A stretch of 64,000 bases of DNA from Thermoanaerobaculia bacterium (GTDB lineage: Bacteria > Acidobacteriota > Thermoanaerobaculia > Multivoradales > Multivoraceae): contig OY761158.1 in assembly GCA_963664405.1 (NCBI GenBank), positions 32,001-96,000 on the forward strand, given 5' to 3'. Position 1 is the stretch's first letter, and every line of letters starts with the position of its first letter. Of this stretch, positions 30,028-39,659 are shown one piece after another. The translations under genes were made by a program, and so were the position numbers. The notes under the pieces are model-generated. The model had not been told where the DNA came from. It saw nothing but the letters and a program-made list of their open reading frames with translations, and made no database searches.

Positions 30028-31566
30028 TCAGAGGTCGAGGCTAGCGGCTCCCCAGACCCTCGGCACCAGGGCCTCCACTGCGACGACCAGGCGCTCGACT
30101 CCGCTGGGCACCTCGATCTGTACCTCACGGACCCAAGCGCCGCCCTCCCCGAGAGCCCCGGCGGACACTACCTGGTGACCCACCCAGGCGGCCTGGCCTT
30201 CGTTTCGGTATCCAAGAGATATCCGTATCGCCGCGTCGTGGACAATCTCGGAAACATCCCCCCAAGCCGTCTTCAAAGTCAGCACTGCGACCCCGTCGAC
30301 GCCCGCTTCAACACTGGCTTCGATCGCTTGTGTTCCGGGCTCGCCGCTACCCTCGAGCAGCCCTCTCAGACGGGCTCCGGCTACCTGCTGCGGAGTCGAC
30401 GAGCGTACCCAGAGAGGGGCCCTGAGAACCGAAGAATCACGCAGAGTGCGTACCTCCACGGGACGTACCCGACCGTCCAGAGCACGGTCGGTGAGGAAAT
30501 AGATACGCCACAGGTCTTCGAGGCGGGTGATGTCCCTCTCGAACTGCGACACCACACGCACGACGCTGCCGGCAGTACCTTCGGCGAGGCGGCGCAGCGG
30601 CTGCAGTATGGGCAGGACACTTACCTCGAGCGCCTCGAGAGGCAGCTTCGGTGGCTTCGCCGTTCCCTTCGGCACCATCTGAACCCCGCCGGTGAGATCG
30701 ATGAAGCGGTCGAAGTCACTCGACGCGAGCTCCTTGACACTGGTATCCAGTTCGCCTTCTCGCAGCGGCAAAGCCAGCGAGATCCACTCGTAGGCGGCCA
30801 TCGTGATGGCCAGGTCGAACGAAGCGACCAGGGCTGGGCTAGGGGCCCCCGCCTCAGTCTGGACCCGCTCTTTGCCCAGGTAGTGGTTCCTGGGGTCCTC
30901 GAAGAAGCCGTCGCTGACCAGGAGAAGAGCACAAGGAGCACCATCGCAACCTTGCGCCCCCATCCGGATCAGGTGGTCGACCTGGGTTCGCACCAGCTCT
31001 TCCTCTGCCCGCAGGTAAGTCTCACGGCGAGGGTCGGTGAGAGCGAGGTCGCCGCCCCGAGTCTTGAACTCTTTGCGCTTAGCCTGCAGCAGATCGGCCT
31101 CGATCTCTCTTGCCGCCAGCTCCGTGAGCGCTGCCGTAAGCAGCTTGTGATCACGGCTCGGGCCGAAGAGCAGGTTCGGGCTCGGATCGGCCAGCACGAC
31201 CTCGACAGGGCCGAGATCACAGAGGAACTCGGCCATTCCCCCGAGCTCGAGGCTGCTCAGTCTGATTGTGCGACCGCGCGAGAGGGCGGCATCGAAGTAG
31301 ATGACGATACGCCAGTCGCCGGCTGTCCGGAGGCGTTGAAGATTGGTGACAGTTCGAGGAGCGCCGCCCTCGAAGACGAGAAGATCTTGCGCCTCGGCTC
31401 GCCTGAGCTCTCGCGCTCCCAACCTCCCGAGATCGACCACCAGCTGAGATTCGAAAACCGTGATCTCCTCGGCAGCCGCATCCGTCTCTGGCTGCGCCGC
31501 AACGCCTACAGCGAGGGGTGGAGCGACCAGGCAGAGGAGGGTGGCGCTCAGGGCAAGCCGCAACAT
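30028..31566 (-). CDS. Secreted hypothetical protein, VWA-like
   Basis: Signal peptide from MLRLALS; IVIYFD and LLLVSDGF segments. Confidence 0.65.
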   Translation of the reverse strand: MLRLALSATLLCLVAPPLAVGVAAQPETDAAAEEITVFESQLVVDLGRLGARELRRAEAQDLLVFEGGAPRTVTNLQRLRTAGDWRIVIYFDAALSRGRTIRLSSLELGGMAEFLCDLGPVEVVLADPSPNLLFGPSRDHKLLTAALTELAAREIEADLLQAKRKEFKTRGGDLALTDPRRETYLRAEEELVRTQVDHLIRMGAQGCDGAPCALLLVSDGFFEDPRNHYLGKERVQTEAGAPSPALVASFDLAITMAAYEWISLALPLREGELDTSVKELASSDFDRFIDLTGGVQMVPKGTAKPPKLPLEALEVSVLPILQPLRRLAEGTAGSVVRVVSQFERDITRLEDLWRIYFLTDRALDGRVRPVEVRTLRDSSVLRAPLWVRSSTPQQVAGARLRGLLEGSGEPGTQAIEASVEAGVDGVAVLTLKTAWGDVSEIVHDAAIRISLGYRNEGQAAWVGHQVVSAGALGEGGAWVREVQIEVPSGVERLVVAVEALVPRVWGAASLDL

Positions 31567-31594
31567 CTTTCCAGTGCGAGACAAGAAGAAAGCT

Positions 31595-31669
31595 TGGAGG
31601 CGACGCCCGGATTCGAACCGGGGAATAAGGGTTTTGCAGACCCTCGCCTTACCACTTGGCCACGTCGCC
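31595..31669 (-). tRNA. tRNA-Cys(GCA)
   Basis: Full cloverleaf, encoded CCA. Confidence 0.97.
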
Positions 31670-31712
31670 GCTGAACCAGGAGGACCGCTCGAGCGTTGAA
31701 GAACGGACGTTT

Positions 31713-31787
31713 TGGAGCGGGAAACGGGATTTGAACCCGCGACCCCAACCTTGGCAAGGTTGTGCTCTACCACTGAGCTATTCCCGC
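31713..31787 (-). tRNA. tRNA-Gly(GCC)
   Basis: Full cloverleaf, encoded CCA. Confidence 0.97.
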
Positions 31788-31843
31788 TCACCAGTGCCCT
31801 TGCACTAGCGGCCTGAGAGGATATCTCCGGCTTCGTTCAGGAG

Positions 31844-32260
31844 TCAAACCTGAAAACTCTCTTCGGCCTCGAAGGCCGCTTGAATGTGATCGAAGCTCCA
31901 GCTCTCGCCCGCGCGCTCGAGGCCGAGAACATCGAATCGAACCTCCACCTCCACCAGCCCACGCTGGGCCAGATAGAGCGCGGCTGCCCGAGCCAGGCGT
32001 CGCTGCTTCTGGGGTGTGACCTGGGCGGCGGCAGGCCCGAAGTGGCCCTGGCTGCGAGCCTTCACCTCGATGAAGCAGAGGGTGTCGCCGGTCTGGGCAA
32101 TGATGTCGATCTCGCCGGCGTGATTGGTGACATTGCGCTCGAGAATGCGGTACCCGAGCCCACCGAGGTATCGGCACGCCGCGTTCTCCCCTACGAGACC
32201 CCGGCCACGGGTGTGCTCTTGAGCCTCGAATCTGTCGCGGATGCTCAACGCCTCTTCCAA
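31844..32260 (-). CDS. yraN: YraN family protein
   Basis: GE..A..YL...GYRILERN, GEIDIIA, FIEVKAR. Confidence 0.9.
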   Translation of the reverse strand: MEEALSIRDRFEAQEHTRGRGLVGENAACRYLGGLGYRILERNVTNHAGEIDIIAQTGDTLCFIEVKARSQGHFGPAAAQVTPQKQRRLARAAALYLAQRGLVEVEVRFDVLGLERAGESWSFDHIQAAFEAEESFQV

Positions 32261-33660
32261 CGAGCCCCGGCGGGCGTGTCTTCGAGCCGAATGCCCGCTT
32301 CTTGGAGCACATCGCGGATTCGGTCCGATTCGGCAAAGTCACGATCCGTGCGTGCCTTCTCCCGCAGGGCCACGAGATCCTCTACTTCTTGCTCGGCGAT
32401 ACCTGCGCTTTCCTCCCCCTGCCACTCCTCACGATGCAAGACTCCCAGAACACGGTCTACGCTGCGCAAGGCGTCTGCTACCCGCTGCCGATCGCCGCTG
32501 CCGAGCGCGCCCTGCTCCACCGCCACGTTGACCTGCTTGACGAAGGTAAAGAGTGCAGCAAGAGCGGCCGAAGTGTTGAGGTCGTCGGCAAGGGCCTCTC
32601 GAAAGCTTGCGACGAGCTGGGTGCAGGCTCCCTCGATCAAAGGCTCGGGGGCCTCGGCTTCTGGGCAGTTTTCGAGTCTGAAGCGAAACTCGTCAATGCG
32701 ACCCAGTGCCGACGATGCGCTCTCGACAGCGGCATCGGTGAAGTTCATCTTTTGTCGATAGTGCACTGAAAGAAAAACATAACGTACGGCACGCAGATCG
32801 AGCCCGCGAGCCACGAGGTCATCGAGGGTGTACTGGTTGCCGAGCGACTTCGACATCTTCTCGCCCTCGACCTGAAGAAACTCGGAGTGCAGCCAGTAGC
32901 GAACGAAGGGCACCTCGGTGACCGACTCGCTCTGGGCGATCTCGTTCTCATGATGAGGAAAGATGTTGTCCACCCCACCACAATGAATGTCGAACGAGGG
33001 TCCCAGATATTTCATGCTCATGGCGGAGCACTCGATGTGCCAACCAGGCCTTCCGGGGCCCCATGGCGACTCCCAGCTCGGCTCGCCCTCCTTGGCTCCC
33101 TTCCAAAGGACGAAGTCCCTAGCATCTTCCTTGCCGTACTCATCAGCGGCGACCCGCGAACCCTGCTTCGCTGAGGAGAGGTCGACGCCCGAGAGGCGCC
33201 CATAGTCGTCATCGGTGTCGATGCGAAAGAACACCGAGCCCTCTGCCTCATACGCGTGGCCGCGCTCGAGCAGCGAGCTGACCAGTTCGATCATCTCAGC
33301 GATGTGCTCCGTGGCCCGCGGGTACCCTTGTGCCGGGCGCACGTGCAGTCGAGCGAGATCGCGCATGAAGGTCTCGATATGGGGAGCAACGAAATCCTCG
33401 ACCGCGACGCCCTGCGCCACCGACCCAGCAATGATCTTGTCCTCCACATCGGTGAGATTCATCACCTGAGCCACTTCGTAGCCAAGCAGTTCGAGCGCCC
33501 GGCACAGAACGTCCTCGAAGACGAAAGTCCGAAGATTGCCGATGTGAACCGCCTCGTAGACAGTTGGGCCGCAAGTGTAGATACCGACGTGGCCCGGAGA
33601 TCTGGGCTCGAAGACTTCGAAGCGGCGACCTAAAGTGTTGAAAAAGCGAATCTTGGGCAT
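32245..33660 (-). CDS. cysS: Cysteine--tRNA ligase
   Basis: CGPTVY, HIGN, GRPGWHIECSAM, KMSKS; start MPKIRFF. Confidence 0.97.
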   Translation of the reverse strand: MPKIRFFNTLGRRFEVFEPRSPGHVGIYTCGPTVYEAVHIGNLRTFVFEDVLCRALELLGYEVAQVMNLTDVEDKIIAGSVAQGVAVEDFVAPHIETFMRDLARLHVRPAQGYPRATEHIAEMIELVSSLLERGHAYEAEGSVFFRIDTDDDYGRLSGVDLSSAKQGSRVAADEYGKEDARDFVLWKGAKEGEPSWESPWGPGRPGWHIECSAMSMKYLGPSFDIHCGGVDNIFPHHENEIAQSESVTEVPFVRYWLHSEFLQVEGEKMSKSLGNQYTLDDLVARGLDLRAVRYVFLSVHYRQKMNFTDAAVESASSALGRIDEFRFRLENCPEAEAPEPLIEGACTQLVASFREALADDLNTSAALAALFTFVKQVNVAVEQGALGSGDRQRVADALRSVDRVLGVLHREEWQGEESAGIAEQEVEDLVALREKARTDRDFAESDRIRDVLQEAGIRLEDTPAGARWKRR

Positions 33661-33685
33661 GGCTACTCGATAGGTCTTGCAAGGC

Positions 33686-34243
33686 CTACTGTGGAACATT
33701 GACGGTTCCCCCCGACCACTGCAGCGTAGCAATAGCGGCACCGGTAGAGTCGAAGCCTTGGTTATTGACGAAGTCGAAGCTTCCCTGCCCCGTCTGCGCC
33801 CGCGAGAATTCGATCGACAGCAGCGAGCCGGTGCCGCTGCGACCGGCAACCTGCCCGAGTCGACTGAGACCGACGACCAGCGTGCCTGGCGGATTTTGTG
33901 CCACCTGAAGAGAGGTGTCGACACTGCCGCCACTCAGGAAAGCACCCTCTGTCACCCCCACGAAGTTCAACAGATTGCTCGGGAAGGTGAGATCAAAAGC
34001 GATGCCATAGAGATCCACCACAGCGGTGCCCTCGAGAGTGAGAAAGAGGCTGTCTCGATCGGTCCCTGTACCCTCGGTCAGGGCGAGACTCTCAGCTCCG
34101 CCCGTGCCCGACGGAGTGAACCCGATCGGAGCTGGAGGCGGCGGCGTCGGGGGCACGGTGGGGCTGCCGCCGCCCCCTCCTCCGCTGCAAGCCAGCAGGA
34201 GAAACCCGACAGAGCTGGCCAAGAGCCTGAGCGGGATCCTCAA
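33686..34243 (-). CDS. Lipoprotein with cohesin-like domain
   Basis: Lipobox LLAC, Pro/Gly linker, beta-rich domain. Confidence 0.7.
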   Translation of the reverse strand: MRIPLRLLASSVGFLLLACSGGGGGGSPTVPPTPPPPAPIGFTPSGTGGAESLALTEGTGTDRDSLFLTLEGTAVVDLYGIAFDLTFPSNLLNFVGVTEGAFLSGGSVDTSLQVAQNPPGTLVVGLSRLGQVAGRSGTGSLLSIEFSRAQTGQGSFDFVNNQGFDSTGAAIATLQWSGGTVNVPQ

Positions 34244-34758
34244 CCCGAAGCCTCCGACTCCTTCGCCAACCGCTTGAGCAAGCGGCGAGCGCGTTCCTTG
34301 CGCAGTCCGCGCAGACGGTCGGTGAAGAGAATCCCGTCCATATGATCGATCTCGTGGAGGATCGCCCGCGCAAGCAGGCCCTCCGCCTCCAGCTCGAAGA
34401 GGTTTCCGGCCGGGTCGACAGCTCGCAGACGGATCGCCACCGAACGGCGCACTTTGTCACTGATGCCCGGCAGCGACAAACAGCCCTCCACATCCTCGTC
34501 CCTCTCGCGCTCCTCCACAACCTCCGGATTGATCATGGCAATGAGCTCTTCCTCTCGTTCGCCACAGGAGAGATCGACCACCGCCACTCTCTTCTCGACG
34601 CCGACCTGGCTAGCAGCAAGACCTATGCCCGGTGCCGCATGCATCGTCTCGACCATGTCCGCAACAAGCTCGGAGAGCTCCTCGTCGAAGCTCTGCACTG
34701 GTTCGCAACGAGCCCGGAGGACCGGGTCTGGATAGATCCGGATGGCCAACAACGCCAT
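34240..34758 (-). CDS. def: Peptide deformylase
   Basis: GIGLAASQ, EGCLS, HEIDH. Confidence 0.97.
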   Translation of the reverse strand: MALLAIRIYPDPVLRARCEPVQSFDEELSELVADMVETMHAAPGIGLAASQVGVEKRVAVVDLSCGEREEELIAMINPEVVEERERDEDVEGCLSLPGISDKVRRSVAIRLRAVDPAGNLFELEAEGLLARAILHEIDHMDGILFTDRLRGLRKERARRLLKRLAKESEASG

Positions 34759-34770
34759 GTCGGCTGCCGC

Positions 34771-35742
34771 TTAGTAGGTGACCGCAGAACGAGCCATAGC
34801 GGCAACCTGCACGTCATTTTGTTGCGTGCTGAGAGCGCGAACCAGCTGACGCCTCGACTTGGTCTTTTTGAGCGCTCGCTGAAGCCCCTTCACTCCGAGG
34901 CGGAGTAGCTGTGAGTTGTGAGCAGCCTTGTAGGAGGCAGGCCAGGGCTCCTGCTTGAAAAGGACTCCCTCGCCGATAATCTGACCTGGACCAAAATTCC
35001 GCAACAGAAGGTCGCGCCCGTTCGGATCGAGACGAGCTTGGAGCAGACCCGACGCGATCAGGTAGAGCTCGAAAGTATCCTCGGCGTCTTGGCTCACGAC
35101 GATCTCTCCGGCCGGCACGCGCACCAGGTCCATCGACTCCATCAGAGCTTCCAGCTGGCCAGGTGCCAGGGATTGCACGAAGTCGCCCTCCCCCATGCGC
35201 CTCCACAGGGCTTCGAGCTCGATCGATGCCGCGAGTTGAGACGTACCGTCTCCGCCTTGACCGCGACGAACACTCCAGGCCGCCATATCCAGCTCTTTGG
35301 AGCGAAGGACCCTCTCTTCGAGTGCATCGATCGAAGAGTCCTTTGGCGAGATCCTTCTGCAAGACTTGAGCAGCGCCAGTGCCTTGTCGAAAAAGCCATC
35401 CTCTGAGAGCAGCTCGGCCGCCCGTAGATAGTGCCGCAGCGCCTCGGTTTCGCGCTTCCGTTGCACCAAGAGATCAGCAAGCTTGATACGGGAATGGACA
35501 TCGTCATCGTTAATGACGATCCGTTCCTCGAGCAACAGGATCGCTCGCGTATAGCGACCCTTAAGGGCCAGGTCGTCGATGGTCTCGGCATCCTGCCCTT
35601 TGCGCGCTTTCTCCCGAGCCTTTCGCTCGCGGGTAAGGCGAAGGACGTTATCGGTTAGTCCGGCCTTCTTTTGTGGCTCATCCGTCACCGAAAGCTGCCC
35701 CTCCAATGTCATAAGGTAGCAGCGCGGGCGCCCGACGGTCAA
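34771..35742 (-). CDS. TPR + cyclic-nucleotide-binding domain protein
   Basis: Helical N-terminus; LYLIASG...GPGQIIGE. Confidence 0.75.
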   Translation of the reverse strand: MTVGRPRCYLMTLEGQLSVTDEPQKKAGLTDNVLRLTRERKAREKARKGQDAETIDDLALKGRYTRAILLLEERIVINDDDVHSRIKLADLLVQRKRETEALRHYLRAAELLSEDGFFDKALALLKSCRRISPKDSSIDALEERVLRSKELDMAAWSVRRGQGGDGTSQLAASIELEALWRRMGEGDFVQSLAPGQLEALMESMDLVRVPAGEIVVSQDAEDTFELYLIASGLLQARLDPNGRDLLLRNFGPGQIIGEGVLFKQEPWPASYKAAHNSQLLRLGVKGLQRALKKTKSRRQLVRALSTQQNDVQVAAMARSAVTY

Positions 35743-35908
35743 GAATAGCGCTGCCTACAGGGGACACCGTGTCGAGGGAAGGAGACACTCGACAGCCGAG
35801 GATGCAGCCCTTCAGCCCCTACCGCCTCTTGGACTTGCCCCAGAGACTGGCGTGGATCTTGCGTCTACATCATTTGCCCTCAGCCGGGCTTTTGATCGGA
35901 GGTCAGCC

Positions 35909-38275
35909 ATGAGCCATAACCCCAATCTCGCAGCAACCGCCAGCAAGGCTCTGTGCCTCGTGGCCCCGGTCTCCCTCGCTCTTCTGCTGGTCTTGCCCGC
36001 CTGGGGCCAGGGTACTGATGATTCTCGCCAGGGCTATGTTCGGTCCCTCGAAGGAGACGTCACCCTGGTGCCCGCGGACGACCCACAGCCTCAGGCCGCA
36101 CAGGTGAACATACCATTGGTCCGAGGCGACCGCTTCGAGCTTGCAGAAGGCGCCCGTCTCGAACTGGTTTTGGCCGACCGGCAGAGGCTCCATCTGGGTA
36201 GCGCGGCTTCAATTGAGCTTGTCAGCCTCGCTCGCTCACTCGAAGAGGAGGGGCGGGTCACAGTGGTACGACTGCACCATGGCAGCCTTCACCTGCAGGT
36301 GCCGCGTGATCTCACAGCAGCCGAATCGCCTCGAGTCGATACTTCACAGGCCAGTCTCTTCCTCGAGCCCGGCGGGGAGTATCTCGTAGAGACCGGCCTG
36401 GACGGCAGACTCTCGGTCGTAGTCAGGGCCGGCTACTGCGAGTTGGTAACCGCCGATGGATCCTCGCTCATCCGCGCCGGGGAAGGAGCCGAGGTGGCGC
36501 CGGGGCGGTCGAGCCGAGTGCAGATTGCTTCCGCGCCGGGGCTCTCGGAGCTGGAGCTCTGGGCGGACGCATTAGAGCTCGAGGCCTCCAAGAGCGAGCT
36601 CCCTTGGATCGAAGCGGATCTACAGTACGAAGCGGCACCGCTCGCCGAGCATGGGGACTGGGTAGACACCGCCGAGGGAGCCGCGTGGAAGCCGCGGGTT
36701 ACCACGGGTTGGAAGCCCTACTGGAATGGATACTGGACCTACGCGCCGGCAGGCATGACCTGGGTCTCCAATGAGCGGTGGGGCTGGCTCCCCTATCACT
36801 ACGGCTCCTGGGACCATGACCTGTCCTTCGGCTGGGTCTGGTACCCGGGGGTCAGCTACTCCCCCGCCCATGTCTATTGGTACTGGGGCTCCAGCCACGT
36901 CGCATGGGTGCCCGCCGGCTACTATCGTCGCCACTACCGCAGGCATTACGGTACCCAGCTGAGCTTCAACTACGGCGTCCACGGTTACTCTCGAGCGCAT
37001 TGGAGCTCCTACAATCGTTGGGTCTTTTGTCCGACCTCCTCGTTGGGCCTGCGCCACCAATACCGCTTTCACGCCGACGGCCGCACCGCTTCTCATCAGC
37101 GCCTCGCCGGCTCGCTGGGCGCCGGCATCATCACCACTGACACTCGTGGGCTGTCCCCGGATCGTTGGAGGAGGCCTGGAGCCAGCCAGGAGACGCTGCG
37201 TAATCGTGCGTTCCCCCGGAGCGCCTCGACAAGCTCTCTCCCGGATGTGACCTCGTTCGTTGAAAGGCGCACCCAGCTCTCGTCTCAGGTTCAGGATCGT
37301 CTATTGCGACCGGAATCCGCATCTGCCACCCAGATCCGCAGTCATCGCGGCACACCCCGTACTCCGCAAATCTCCTCATCCACGAACGCTTCAGCCATGA
37401 GCGAGCTCCAGGGCGCTGGGTTACGAGCCTCCTCAGCGAAGGAGCCTTCTTCGGGACGTGCCTCCGTCAAGACTCGCGTCGGCGGAGGGACCACGGTCGC
37501 CCCCGGGGATATACAGGCCGTGCCGAGCCGGTTTGGCTCTGCCTCGCCTGCCAACCGCCGCCTGAGCGATCGTGCCGCACCCGCACCGGCGACGATGGAC
37601 AGGGGGCCAGGCGGCCGAGAGAGCACCTCCCCGCAACTCCGGCCCGCGGGCACCGCCGGAACCGATGTGCCCACTTCTCGGGCGCCTCGAAAACGAGGCG
37701 GCGAGGAGCAGTCGCGATCGAAGCGCGTACGGCCTCCAGTGTTACGCGTCATGGACTCGGTTCGGGCAAAGCGTCAGGAGACGCGACCCACCACCGGGGT
37801 TAGCTCGCCGGCACTCGCGCCTCGAGCCCCCCTCCCAGTTCCTCGAACGACCACTCCTCCCTCCGCCGGGTCTTCGAGGACGCGCGCGACGGCGCCGAGT
37901 CGAGGCAGCTCCTCGAATCGCGCCAGAGCGCCTAGTCCGACGACTCAGCGCTCCTCCCCTAGCCCTTCCACGAGGAGCTCATCGCAGAGCCGGCAGCGAG
38001 CTACATCAACTCAGAGCAGGAGCAGGCCTACACAGAGCCGCAGCGTGGCACCCCCAAGATCGCGGAGCGGTTCGTCGGGCACTCGCTCCTCGACCGGCTC
38101 GAGGACATCTTCGGGCTCGCGACCCTCCTCGAGCGCCCGTTCTTCCTCCGCCTCGCGACCCTCCTCGAGTGCCCGCTCTTCCTCCTCCTCGCGATCCTCC
38201 TCGAGCGCTCGCTCCTCGTCTGGCTCTCGGTCCTCTTCCAGCTCGTCGAGTCGAGGGGCCGCCCGCAGTCGGTAG
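35909..38275 (+). CDS. FecR-domain / DUF6600-like secreted protein with disordered Ser/Arg-rich tail
   Basis: Signal peptide, W-rich WKPY..G.W...WGWLPYHYG.W block, long SSR tail. Confidence 0.75.
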   Translation: MSHNPNLAATASKALCLVAPVSLALLLVLPAWGQGTDDSRQGYVRSLEGDVTLVPADDPQPQAAQVNIPLVRGDRFELAEGARLELVLADRQRLHLGSAASIELVSLARSLEEEGRVTVVRLHHGSLHLQVPRDLTAAESPRVDTSQASLFLEPGGEYLVETGLDGRLSVVVRAGYCELVTADGSSLIRAGEGAEVAPGRSSRVQIASAPGLSELELWADALELEASKSELPWIEADLQYEAAPLAEHGDWVDTAEGAAWKPRVTTGWKPYWNGYWTYAPAGMTWVSNERWGWLPYHYGSWDHDLSFGWVWYPGVSYSPAHVYWYWGSSHVAWVPAGYYRRHYRRHYGTQLSFNYGVHGYSRAHWSSYNRWVFCPTSSLGLRHQYRFHADGRTASHQRLAGSLGAGIITTDTRGLSPDRWRRPGASQETLRNRAFPRSASTSSLPDVTSFVERRTQLSSQVQDRLLRPESASATQIRSHRGTPRTPQISSSTNASAMSELQGAGLRASSAKEPSSGRASVKTRVGGGTTVAPGDIQAVPSRFGSASPANRRLSDRAAPAPATMDRGPGGRESTSPQLRPAGTAGTDVPTSRAPRKRGGEEQSRSKRVRPPVLRVMDSVRAKRQETRPTTGVSSPALAPRAPLPVPRTTTPPSAGSSRTRATAPSRGSSSNRARAPSPTTQRSSPSPSTRSSSQSRQRATSTQSRSRPTQSRSVAPPRSRSGSSGTRSSTGSRTSSGSRPSSSARSSSASRPSSSARSSSSSRSSSSARSSSGSRSSSSSSSRGAARSR

Positions 38276-38386
38276 TCTTCTAGCCGTGAATAGCCTTCGC
38301 GCTGTTGGCTCCCCTCTTCTTGCTCGGATCGCCCCCCCCCTCCCGATAACGGCCCGGACCGACGCCTATCGCGTACAATCGGCGCC

Positions 38387-38641
38387 GTGCCCGGTCTCCT
38401 CCGCTTCCTCTTCGTAATCTACTGCGTTGAAGCCGGTATCTTTCTCGTCGTCGTACCATGGAGCCTCTCCTGGGAACGTCTGATGCGCACGATGGCCACC
38501 CCGGGCTTGGGAGAGCTTCTTCTTGCCCCGACCTTTAGGGGGGCTATTGCGGGCTTCGGCCTGGTGCATTTGGTCTGGGGTACTCACGACCTCCTGAGTT
38601 TGATCAAGCAGCGAAGATCTCGTGACGACGTCCGTGCCTAA
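38387..38641 (+). CDS. Small membrane protein
   Basis: Two hydrophobic helices; TACAAT 7 nt upstream. Confidence 0.7.
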   Translation: MPGLLRFLFVIYCVEAGIFLVVVPWSLSWERLMRTMATPGLGELLLAPTFRGAIAGFGLVHLVWGTHDLLSLIKQRRSRDDVRA

Positions 38642-39257
38642 GGCCCTGGCCATTAGCGATCGAGCTAGCCTGCCAGGTAGCGACCTGGTCGACTGGGCTC
38701 GACGGCTCGTCATCGCCGGGGTTGAAGCGATCCAAGTCCGTGAGAAGGATCTGAGCGGGAAAGATCTCTACGCCCTGGCCTCCCGTATGAGATCGGTCCG
38801 TCCTGCGATCGAGACCCTTTCCATCAATGGACGGCTGGATGTCGCCTTAGCGTCAAACGCCTCCGGCGTGCACCTGCCCGAGAGCTCCGCGCCGCTTTCC
38901 CGCATCCGAGGACGGTACCCGGAGCTACTGCTCGGCAAATCCTGCCATACCCTCGAACAGGTAGCGGATGCCCTCGTGGCTGGAGCAGACTACGTGACCT
39001 ACGGACCGGTATTCGCTCCGCTGAGCAAGGTCTCGAGTTTACCGCCGGTGGGCCTCGAAGAACTTGGCACAGCTTGCAGCATCGGCATCCCGGTCCTTGC
39101 ACTCGGCGGCGTCACCGCCGAGCGCCTCCAGGGAATCGCCTCGACCGGTGCCTCGGGTATTGCTGGTATCGGTCTCTTTCATGCGCCGGAGTCCCTCGGC
39201 TGGGTGATGACTGCAGTTCGGGAGCTTTTTGATCATGGCGGCGCGGGGGAAATCTGA
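38622..39257 (+). CDS. thiE: Thiamine phosphate synthase family
   Basis: QVREK, GVHL, SCH, GPVF..SK, ALGGV. Confidence 0.85.
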   Translation: MTTSVPKALAISDRASLPGSDLVDWARRLVIAGVEAIQVREKDLSGKDLYALASRMRSVRPAIETLSINGRLDVALASNASGVHLPESSAPLSRIRGRYPELLLGKSCHTLEQVADALVAGADYVTYGPVFAPLSKVSSLPPVGLEELGTACSIGIPVLALGGVTAERLQGIASTGASGIAGIGLFHAPESLGWVMTAVRELFDHGGAGEI

Positions 39258-39645
39258 GCTGAGCTCATCGATCGCAGGACTGGGGCTGGATCTGGTCGAG
39301 GTGGCTCGCGTCGGTGCGCTACTCGAGCGCCACGAAGAACGCTTCCTACGACGCGTATGTCGGCCGGGTGAGGCAAAGAAGGGAACTTCAGCCGAAGCCT
39401 GGGCCCAGCACGTAGCTGGCCTCTTTGCGGCCAAGGAGGCGGTCCTGAAGGCCCTTGGCACAGGTTGGGGGGAAGGAGTGACCTTTCGAGACGTCGAGGT
39501 TCATCGTGCCCCCTCGGGCGCTCCCTCGGTGCGTCTCCATGGCGAAGCGCACCGCAAAGCCGAAGCACTCGGCGCTCGGAGGGTCCATATCTCGATTACC
39601 CACGAGCGCTACCACGCCGCGGCAGTCGCCATCCTCGAAAAGTGA
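39229..39645 (+). CDS. acpS: Holo-ACP synthase
   Basis: GLGLDLVE, FAAKEAVLKALGTG, ISITH. Confidence 0.95.
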   Translation: MIMAARGKSELSSSIAGLGLDLVEVARVGALLERHEERFLRRVCRPGEAKKGTSAEAWAQHVAGLFAAKEAVLKALGTGWGEGVTFRDVEVHRAPSGAPSVRLHGEAHRKAEALGARRVHISITHERYHAAAVAILEK

Positions 39646-39659
39646 GCGCACTCGACTTA

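Noticed and set aside
30028-31791. 587-aa ORF extension over the tRNA genes
   Set aside because: The upstream 75 codons overlap tRNA-Gly and tRNA-Cys; the real start is more likely 31566
35770-35794. TGTCG-N15-CGACA palindrome
   Set aside because: Spacing is 15 rather than 17 and it lies in core-genome context; likely an unrelated hairpin or operator
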